The translations under genes were made by a program, and so were the position numbers. The notes beneath the pieces were generated by a model. That model saw only the letters and a program-made list of their open reading frames with translations, made no database searches and was not told where the DNA came from. DNA of 64,000 nucleotides from the human T2T-CHM13v2.0 reference genome, Homo sapiens: NCBI RefSeq assembly GCF_009914755.1, contig NC_060937.1; one strand, written 5' to 3'. This document shows, in pieces, positions 46,638 through 57,453 of the stretch (position 1 is the first letter of the stretch; each line of letters starts with the position of its first letter).

Positions 46638-47587
46638 TTAATGACTTAAGTACTCATCTCAAAAAACTTTTAAAAGTACAGAAAATTATCATTTTTTTAA
46701 ATAGAAGAAATAAAGGTAAAGGCAGAAATCAGTAAAAAGTTAAAAACAACATTTAATCTGAAAATGGACTCTGAAAAGACTGCGTACAAAGAGACCCAAA
46801 TTACAATAAGCAGATTTTGAAAAGGAGAGATCATAGATACTACAAATACCAAAACAATTATAAAAGGATACACACACACACACAAAAACCTTAAGCTGAA
46901 CTGGAAAATTCAGACAAAATGGACAAATCTCTTGAAAAGCAAAACTTGTCAAAATTGACAAAGAAATAGAAAATATGAATAGCTTTTTATGTACTGACGA
47001 AATACAATCAATAATCTTCACAAGAAAACTCCAGAGGGCTTCACCAGTGAATTCTTTCAAACATTTGTGGATGGAATAAAATCAATCTTCACAAATTCTT
47101 CCAGAGTATTAAAAAGCATTTCCCAACTCATTTTATGAGGTCAGCATAACCTTGATACCTAAATCTGTCAAATACTTTACAAGAAATTAAAATTGCTAGC
47201 CAATTGTTTTCATGAACAAAAAAAAATCTCAATGAAGTATTATCTAGCATATACCATTTGAGTAATGTAAAATTAAAAGCTAGGTTTATCCAGAAATTCA
47301 AGGATGCTTTAAAATTAGGAAATATATATCCTTCTCTTTCCCACCCATCCCAAAATTAACACATATTTTTTGACAGAGCAACTACATTACTAAGAGTTTT
47401 GTCCTAAGGGAATAATCAGACAAGGCACAGAGATATGTTTAAGAATATCCATTATGTCATTGTTTGTAATAGCTTCTAAATGCTCATGAATATGGAATTC
47501 GCTAAATAATTTATATACATCTATCATAATCGGTTCAAAATTATAATACGGTTCTATACTTATTTGCATAGATAGATGTTCATAATA

Positions 47588-47642
47588 TAGGCTGAGCTTT
47601 AAATATGTAAGGAGGCAGCTTTAGGCTAAACTTGATTTAACA
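47588..47642 (-). mobile_element. 55-bp 5' terminus of a MER57-type ERV1 LTR
   Basis: Minus strand TGTTAAATCAAGTTTAGCCTAAAGCTGCCTCCTTACATATTTAAAGCTCAGCCTA. Confidence 0.65.
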
Positions 47643-48499
47643 TGACAATGAGAATAGCAGGATACAAAAGCAAGACTATTTCTAAGGCAAAGAAAAACAC
47701 TAATTTTATATGAAAGTAAAGAAAAACATATATCATAAGAACATTTTGTCTAGACACAATAAATTGCCATCTTAAGTACATAAACAAAAATGTTAATGTC
47801 AAACTTCAACAATTTTCTTCAGCAGAAAGAACATTTTCTTCTCAAAATCTAGTCAGAAAATTACCCAAATATATATTTACTTAAGACCAAAAATGCTACT
47901 AGATTTGACCAACCAATAGAGAATCTCTCTCTCTCTCTCTCTCTACATATATATATGCAGTTAAAAGTATGGAGACAAAAACAAAATGCCCCGAAATCAC
48001 TAAATCCTTTACAAGTCAATCTATTTGTTACATATATATATAAAGCATTCAAAGTAGTACTTTTTAAGAAAAATCCACTGTGTAACAAATATATACATAA
48101 GAAGACTCAAAGTTCCAACAAGTTTAAAGGAAACTCCCTTTAATTTTACCAATTAGTAAGACAACCAACCTTAATTAAAATCATTCCAATCCAGATGTTA
48201 CATAGTTTATTACAAAGATATATGAAGTAGGTTTCATTTCTACCATGCTAGCTCAGACCAATCAGTAGGGACTCCCTGGAGCAAGGTATTGGGAAGGAAT
48301 CTAAGGCATTCTTAGGATAATGTGCCTGAGGGATTCAGTAATGTTTGCTCAGTTACCGTTGTGGGGAGGGGTGTAGATGTTTATCACTATTGCCACCAGA
48401 CCCAAATTCCTATTCTAGCTCAACTTCTTCCTCGCTATGTGATCTCAAACAAGTTCCTTACCCTCTCTGAACCTAGGCTGTGAGAAAGTAAAAATGAGC

Positions 48500-49230
<731 letters not shown>

Positions 49231-49791
49231 GTTTCTTTATCTATATACCAACCATATTTATCCAGGGTGACTGTAAGGATTAAATTAAATGCTATAATGT
49301 AAAATGCCAAGCATCTGCCTGGTACTAGAAAGTACACAACAAATATTAGTTCTCTCTCCTCTACGAGCTCAAAGTAAAGTTATGTGTAATTTTTTTATCA
49401 CCTAAGCAGTTCTTCACTATCAAGAAACTGCATCTCTGCAAAACATAACTAACAGCCAGAAAATTAGCCCCCCTAAAAAGAGAATTCTAAGCAACCAAAA
49501 CAGATATGATCAAGTCCATGAAACAAAAGATACTCACTTTACTGTGAGGTAACTCCTAAAATCCTACTCAGACACCATTTGCTCATTTTAAACACATATT
49601 ATTTTTAATAAACTTTGGAAATATGGTTTCCACACCCATAGCAAATTAAAACCAGCAACTGTAAATGGTTAGGAATAAGTAGGCACACTGATCACAGGAA
49701 AAAACAGCTGCTCAACAAGGCAGGAGACAGAAAACTTCTAACTATCAAACACAAGAAGTTAAAATGCTCAGAAATCTTTAGTCATCTAGTG

Positions 49792-50996
49792 CAGTGGCTC
49801 CTACATTTTTTTGACTGAAGATCCCAAATATAAAATACTTGAGGCACATACCTATAGTATATGTGTTTTCATTTATAAACATACACATAGTATAAAACAT
49901 ATACTAAAAACAGAAATTAAAAGATTAAAATTTTGTTTTTACTTTACTATTTTAACTATCAACTATTTTAAATATTAACTTGTTTTAATCTTTCAATCAC
50001 TAAAAATGCTATTACTATTAACATATTAGGTGAGCATTATTATTAAATATATCTCCATTTTTTTAAATCTTAGTTTCTTCTTTTGTGAAGTTCAATGTAT
50101 TTTGCACTTGGTTTTAAGAGCTGTCATAAGTCATACCTGAAAAACTTATCTTACAAAGATGAGATCTATATAGAAGAACATGTCACTTACTAACTTACTA
50201 AATCATATTACTTTTTCATTCTATCACCAAATACGCAAACATTTTTATTCAAAGTCAGCTACCTGATGTCAATGTTATTAAAATTTTCTTTTTCCTGACT
50301 GCAATAAGAATGTTTACAAATTAAAATGTTTGGCTTTCCAATAAATGGTCCAAAGTCAATTAAAATTCATTGTAAGGAAGATTTTCAACAGACTGTAAAT
50401 ACTTCAACATGCTTTCAAAATGTTCTCCATAACATGTTTCTTTTGAAAAGCAGGTACTTTCTCACTTACTGTTTAAAATGTCGATTTTGCCTTGAAGTGA
50501 CAACTTGGGGATTGTTTTCCCAAACACATCCGCTAGATTTTTATTTTTGGTAGCCTCTTGTCATCACGGATAAGAACAGCATATAGAATACTCATCTTTT
50601 GTAATAAAAATGTGTGATTAATCTTTGAGTTCTACAACTCTTAAATGCTTTGACAGCAAACCTCTGTTCCCCATCTCAATAAGAAGTATCATAGATTCTT
50701 CTTTTAAAAAGTATTTTTAAAGGGACTATATAACAGAAAAACTGGAAAAACTCTGAGAAACTCATGGTGCTGTTGCTGGCATCTACATTCTAGAATTCAC
50801 ACATCTTCCCTCAGCAAACCACACTCTCAGTGACCACCTGAATGCAGGTGGACCTAGGAGAACCTCACAGCCAATTCACATAGTATGAATAGAAAAGCTC
50901 AATTCTTTTCCCTTTTGGGGGACAAAATAAACAAACAGAAGTTCTCATATTTACTTCTCAAAATTGACTTGCTTCACCTCATTTTGTAAATTACTG
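49792..50996 (-). mobile_element. hAT-Charlie DNA transposon remnant with transposase C-terminal traces
   Basis: Termini CAGTGG.../...TTACTG are flanked by an exact 8-bp TSD ATCTAGTG (49784-49791, 50997-51004). Minus-strand ~50090-50190 resembles the degenerate hAT dimerisation motif (LC..SFS.M..LKTK). Confidence 0.75.
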
Positions 50997-53900
50997 ATCT
51001 AGTGAAGGGGCATAAAGCTTCACAATCTATATTAGGTGCCGAGGGTATTATAGTTGTAGCTTATGCCTGTTAATACTACTACCATATTACACAGACAGGT
51101 ACCCAATAAACACTGATTGAATGCAAGCAATATTATTCAAATCATAGCTCTAAGTCATCAAAAATAAGTTAAATTATGCATAGTATATTTCATTTAAGCA
51201 AATGCAATGGTAATCCAACATTGTTAGATTGGGCTATCTTAACACTCAACCTCCAAGTATTCAGAAAATTTACTGGTTCGGAATGACTTATTACCCAAGG
51301 TTTCCAGGTTACCATGAATTCTACAGTCACTCTTCATTTTTCCCTCCCAGAATAAGATGACTTAGAAAATCAAAGAGCACATTTACTAAGTATATGCTTC
51401 AGTCTCCTAAAACATATTTAATGTTCTATATTGTGAAAACTATTAGTACCATCAGTATTTTATCCACTAATTTAAAATAACTTCAAGTTTTAATACTATA
51501 AATATATATTTTTCATATTCCAAGTGATAACAGAAGCAGACATTATAGACTTCATATTTAACACCACTATTACTACGGAACAATATTTATTTTTTCTGTA
51601 AGTAACGAAGACAGTAATAGTTTGTGAGTCAAGAAAGTCACTCAACAATTTCTGAATGTCTAAAAAATATCAGAGGTGAAATAAAAGTGATACTATATCC
51701 ATAGAAATTTGATACCTGTGTAAGAGGAATGTCAAAAGCACTAAAGAAAAATGGTTTACAAGAAGGAAAGATCACTGTGGCCTAAAATGAACTAAAGACC
51801 ATTTTAGACACAAGCTGGGGTAGGATTCAGAGCTAGAAAGAAGGAATTCAAAGCTGTGGGAAACAATGTCATCTGTTTTCTTAATAAAAATGTCTAATTC
51901 AAAATACCAAATAGGAGACATTCAAGTAAAAATTCAGAGAAACATTCAATTCTTAATATATTATTTATTAAGCTATTCAAGTCACACATATATGTAAACA
52001 GTACTTATCTACCTTTTGGCTTTATAAAACCCTCCAACTTAAACCTGAAATAAGAATCATCAGGAAGAGAAAGAAAAATAAAAAGGAGCTGTAACTAAAG
52101 AGGAAAAAGTCCCTGGGCATTAAATCTCAGTATACTTTTCTATTTTCTGGACCTTTTCCTTTCATGGCATTTTCTCCTGGTATATTCAACATATGTCATT
52201 TTACTTTAACTTGGAAAAGTGATAAAAGTTCACTTTGAAAGGAAATGTATTTTAGTAATTTCCTGTCCACAAGAGGGCTCCAATAATTCTTACATGAATG
52301 GAAGTGATATAACAAAAGTTACAATAAAAATATTCATTAAGCACATAAAATATACTGGAAAAAACTTGAATTGTCATTATCTGATTCAACTCCTATTACA
52401 AATTGATCTGCTACAATTTTTACATTACAGTTGTTAAAGATACGGGGCTTTTCTTTGACCGTTTTATCAACTAAAATGTTTTGAATCACAAAATTGCTTT
52501 GCCATTATTCTCACACTGTCAATTTCTCTCTTAAAGTTTTCAATGTAATAGATAAAGTATAATTTTAGTCCAAAGCTCTAAATAGTAGCCTAAATGTTGT
52601 ATACAATACTCTTATAAAAACAAGAATGTATTTCTTGATAACTTTACCAATCCAGAAAACAAAATTACCATTGCTTGCCCAGTCTTAGGCCTTATTACTA
52701 ACACAGGCAGTAAATATTTTCTTGCAAAAAACCTACAGTGGTTAACGTAAGTCACACTGCAACTATAAACAATGAATATAGCCGCATCATGAACTATGAT
52801 CTTGGCTGCAACATAAATAAATAAATACATCATTTAAATACAATATATTATAATGATATTCTGTTGAGATATTTTCAGATTTTTTCACAAATAAGTTACT
52901 ACACTAAGATGTTATTAAATCTAGTTCAAACTCAATCACTCTTAGCAAAGAAAAACCAACATTTCAAGTAAATACACTTGTAATATTTATAGGACATATA
53001 TATTGCAGAATGTAGTAAAAGTACCAACTACAAATTATGTTTTAAAGGGTACAGCAAATCCATTCACTACGGGTGCCACTCCCTCATCCAAAAAATTGAC
53101 ATTTGGATCATTAAAAATGAGACTCCTTATGCTAAACACAAAAATTTACTGGATGTTCAAAAATAAATTTTAAATGGGAGTTCTACCTACAAAACAAAAA
53201 CCAAAGCTAAAAAATCTATTTTAAAGTGAGTCATAATCACGGCCATAAAAAGACTTTACCAAAAACATCAATTGATTTAGCAATTATTGTAGCTCGAGAA
53301 TAAATTATCTCTATTGGAAACATGATAGGGGTTAACTTCACCACTCCATCCCATCTCCCCAACAGGATTTTCCTATACAACTGACAAGCACCATTAACAT
53401 ATAAAAGATTGACTTCAATAGAAATGACACCACCACCAAAAAGTAAAAAAGTGTAACATTTGTTTCAGCACAGTTGACAGCACATACTGTCAACTAGGAG
53501 AAAGCTTAACATTTTACTGCATCTAGCAAAAATGTATTTAACAGTACATATCCTGATCAATTTAGAGTTATGCTGCAAGGGATATATGTCATTAGCTTTG
53601 CTGTGGGAGTGGTGAGAGGAGCTCTTCAAGGTTTGGAGCGGTAAATTGTTGTCATGAATGTAAACTAAAATCAATTGTCAATTCATGGTATTAAGAGTTT
53701 AATAATCATGAAGCATTTAATCGACAACTTCTAACCAGTATTTGTCATGTTATATTTCAAAAAGTTGAGAATTCTAGGCACATAGCAAATGATAGACTTC
53801 TTAAGCAAAAATGCAAAGTTAAGTAATAAACGAACGTTTAAAAGACTTTCACAAAGAGAAAATCTTAACCTCTAACCAGTTGAACAGTAGAAAACAAGAC

Positions 53901-54797
53901 ATAAAAAAATACTCAGAACAATCAAACCTGTGCTGTACGTTAGTACCCACTCTGAAATAGCATCATCAGGGCATTATATGTTTATTACATAATATTGCTT
54001 TGCCCTTGCATATCACCTTTAATCAAAGGATCTCAAAGCACCACAGAATCAAGGCCTTAACATCCAGTCTCAAACAGATAAACTGTTATATTTTATAATT
54101 GCAGATATTAATAAAACCCTGCTCCTACTTCCCAGTCCTCTGATCCTAACATCAGCCTCCAAACCCTCTCTCTGACTTGGAAACAGTATTTCCCAAATCA
54201 TCTCAATCTGTGACTGATGCCACGCACATTCCAGCTTTTCTTCACTGGACCTAAAGGAAGTAGCGGCACTGTTTTAATAACACATCTATTTCATTCCAAC
54301 GTCTGTGAGAGAATAGACGGTACTTAAGGTTAACCTATTTTGCACTGTGCTTGATGATATAAAATGGAGGCTTTCGAGAGAGCAAATCTTTGCTCGAGGC
54401 GATGAACCCACAGATCACTCATCAAACAAGGGAAATAGCATTTCCCAGCTCTGTCTAGAGACCGCTCCCGGCAACTTCAAGAGCAGTATGGAGGAAAGCT
54501 TGTCCAGCCGTACTTAACCAGGCAGGAGGCTATTTCATGTGTGCACACCAGAAGAGAAGCGAAAACTAAAAGGACAACGCACGAGTTTTAGGACTCAGGA
54601 AGGAGACTGTAAAGCTGTTATGTGGCCACCCCCAGAGACAGAACACTGTGTTTCCTTTGCATTCAATGGGAAATTAAACAAGAGCAAAATTCCTTTAAAC
54701 CAAGGTCAAAATAAGCCATTTAGAATCATTTAATTTTTGTTATAAAATCTGTATATGAGGTTTGCTCCTCTAGAAACATCTGGCGTTTTAAAATTTA

Positions 54798-55149
<352 letters not shown>

Positions 55150-56154
55150 AAATTTAATCATCAGCAAAGTTCAATTTGTTTCCACTGAATACACAAACAC
55201 TCAAATGTTAACATATGTGAGCACAACTACGTTAACTTCAATTCTTTCATAAACAGGATTATTCCTCTTCCTGGTAATTAAATGCATTATGTTTGTCCTT
55301 AGGACTGCAAAATGTAACTTCACACTCACACAAGCCCAGCCCCAGCACTGTAAGGTTACACGGTTACTGTTAGTCAACCGACTCACAACCTTACCCTTTA
55401 TAAACAAAACAAAGAAAGGCGTCAATAAACAACAGTACTTTTTGTTTCAAGTTCTCAACACTCAGTGATCGAGGCTCAATACTATGTTTCCTTAGCTTTA
55501 TGTCTAATATGGAATCTACTATTAATAAATATCTGGCATTAAAAAGCCCTGGAATATTCATTGTAAGTACCAATACAGGGTCAGCCTACGTTTCTGAAAA
55601 TCCCAAAATATCTTTATATTTCTGTTGCCATCCGTATTCAGACATTTCAAAAACCTCACAGCAAATTCTAACATACTTTTTCTTGAAGAGATGTGCATCC
55701 CTGTTCTTGAAAAATATCAAGTTCGTCCCTACTGCAATGACGATCTCGTCTGTGTCATAAAGCAAGATTCCCGTTTCCCTACCTATTCTCTCGTAGGGAC
55801 ACCCGTCCTCAGCTCTGCCCACTGTCCCTGACGTTTTCAGAAACGTTAAAATACTAGTGTTCGGAGGCTTCTAGCGAAGAGGGAGATGTTTTGTCCCCTC
55901 AAGCTACCATGATACATTTCCCTACTTCTCCACTATCTTCAATGCTTTAGAAAACACGACCAAATGAGAGAACCCATATTAAAAGCAGTACTTCCTAAAA
56001 GGGGGAAACCAGAAGCTCCAACTTCTCCAAATCGCTCAGCACAGTGGCTTTTCGACAGTCCCCAGCAAATCTTCGCCCCACGCCTGCCGTCTTTCCGATT
56101 AAATAAGATTGGAAACCACAATTAAATCAGTGTCATAACTTATCCGTCACTTAC

Positions 56155-56181
56155 CATATCCGCCGGGACATTACTGGACAT
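56155..56181 (-). CDS. UBL3: UBL3 (ubiquitin-like protein 3) first coding exon, MSSNVPADM, phase-0 intron follows
   Basis: Minus strand reads ggcaagATG TCC AGT AAT GTC CCG GCG GAT ATG|GTAAGT. The peptide matches the known UBL3 N-terminus (MSSNVPADM-INLRLILVSG...). A at -3, in-frame upstream TAA at 56209-56211, consensus donor at 56149-56154, and it sits inside a CpG island. Confidence 0.95.
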
Positions 56182-56427
56182 CTTGCCGTTTGATATACAC
56201 CCAGATGTTTACGAAAAAAACAAACAAAGAAAAAAGAGCAGAAGTCTTCACGTTACAGAAATAAACCACGATTTTGACTGGTTCGTGATGTGCTTTCTCC
56301 CCCAAAAATAAAGTTATTTTGGAGCCAAAGTGCCGGTCAGGCCGAGGTTCTGGTTCGAAGAGGAACAATCCCCAGGAGCTGTGTGGCCGGAGCAGGAGGA
56401 AACTCCCGGGACAGCAGAGGCAGCCCC

Positions 56428-56460
56428 CGTCGTCGTCGTCGTCGTCAACAGCAGCAGCAG
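56428..56460. repeat. Compound (CGT)6-CAA-(CAG)4 triplet repeat in the UBL3 5' UTR
   Basis: cgtcgtcgtcgtcgtcgtcaacagcagcagcag. Confidence 0.9.
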
Positions 56461-57215
56461 CCCCAGGACCGGCCGCGCCAGGTGGACCGAGCCGAGTGAC
56501 ACACGGACATGGAGAGGGGTGGGAGGGGGTTAAATGCGCCTTCCTCCTTTCCCAGCCCCGGCAATGATTCACACTTGCTCCCGAGTCAAGTCCTCATTAA
56601 GCAGGAGAAAAATGCCCCAGCGTGGATGTACACAGATAACTATGTAGCTACACATCGACGCGTGAGCCTTGAGTGGCGGCCGAGCGGTGGCCGGACGCTG
56701 GCCGCGGACCCTGCAGAGCCGCTGTCGGAGCGCCCGCGCGGACAGCGCGGGGAAACGGCTCAACTCGCGCCGCGGGGGCGAAGAGCCGGGCCGCGGAAAC
56801 CCGCGCTCAAGGGCATTTAACTAGTTGGAAGCCAAAGCGAAAGACCGGAGCGGGGGACCGACAGCGCGGGGGTGCTCGGGGCCGGCCGGGACACTCCACA
56901 GCCCCTCTGGGCTCAGGCCGCGGGCGCCTCCGGACAGCAGCTGGGGTCGGGGCGCATCGTCTCCGGCTCCTCGCCACTCCTCTTCTGCCTCCGCCTTCCC
57001 CGCCGCCGCCTCCCCGGTCTCCGCCTTCCCTTCCCCTCCCCTCCCCGGCCTCGCGAGCTCCGGGCGACGCCGACTTCGGCTGGTCCCCGGAAGAGGCCGG
57101 GTCCTCCTTCTCCTCAGCCCGGGAATGGTTTCCTCTCAGAGCTTTGTTTCTCCTCCTCCTCCTTCACTTTTCAGTCCCACACGCCGCGGCCGCCTCCTGT
57201 CATCGCCTCTCAAAC

Positions 57216-57227
57216 CAACATGGCGGC
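57216..57227 (+). promoter_or_regulatory. YY1 motif just downstream of the TSS
   Basis: CAACATGGCGGC matches AAnATGGCGGC. It overlaps a Kozak-like GCCGCCATG on the minus strand. Confidence 0.65.
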
Positions 57228-57245
57228 AGCGGCGGCGGCGGCGGC
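57222..57245. repeat. Interrupted (GGC)n / (GCC)n repeat at the UBL3 5' end
   Basis: ggcggcagcggcggcggcggcggc. Confidence 0.9.
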
Positions 57246-57367
57246 TGCCTGAGTGCGACTAAGGGAAACGGGGAGAGCACGGGCCCCCCCTCGCAGCAGC
57301 CGCCGCCCCCGTCCTCGTCCTCCCTCCGCGGACACCAAGTGCGTCACCACGGAGACCATTCCCTCGA

Positions 57368-57387
57368 GCATCACGGGAAGTGTAGTC
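57368..57387 (-). promoter_or_regulatory. ZNF143/THAP11 (SBS, ACTACAnnTCCC) motif
   Basis: Minus strand GACTACACTTCCCGTGATGC closely matches the ACTACAnTTCCCAnnATGC composite typical of CpG-island promoters. Confidence 0.75.
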
Positions 57388-57440
57388 TACGAGGGTGGGG
57401 GGGGGAGGGAGCCGCCGAACGCCTCCTCACCCAGCTCCGA

Positions 57441-57453
57441 AGCCACGCCCCCC
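57441..57453 (+). promoter_or_regulatory. Sp/KLF GC-box
   Basis: AGCCACGCCCCCC about 180 bp upstream of the inferred TSS. Confidence 0.6.

Larger units (their letters stand above)
56182..57260 (-). other. UBL3: Long GC-rich 5' UTR of UBL3 exon 1 (TSS approximate)
   Basis: Continuous CpG-island sequence upstream of the ATG. An Inr-like CCCTT|AGTCG near 57260 has a YY1 motif just downstream and ZNF143/Sp motifs upstream. The exact TSS is inferred. Confidence 0.7.

Noticed and set aside
56171-56572. 133-aa minus-strand ORF overlapping the UBL3 start
   Set aside because: It begins at GTG rather than ATG and is out of frame with UBL3. Its poly-D/poly-A stretches come from triplet repeats, and there is no evidence of use.
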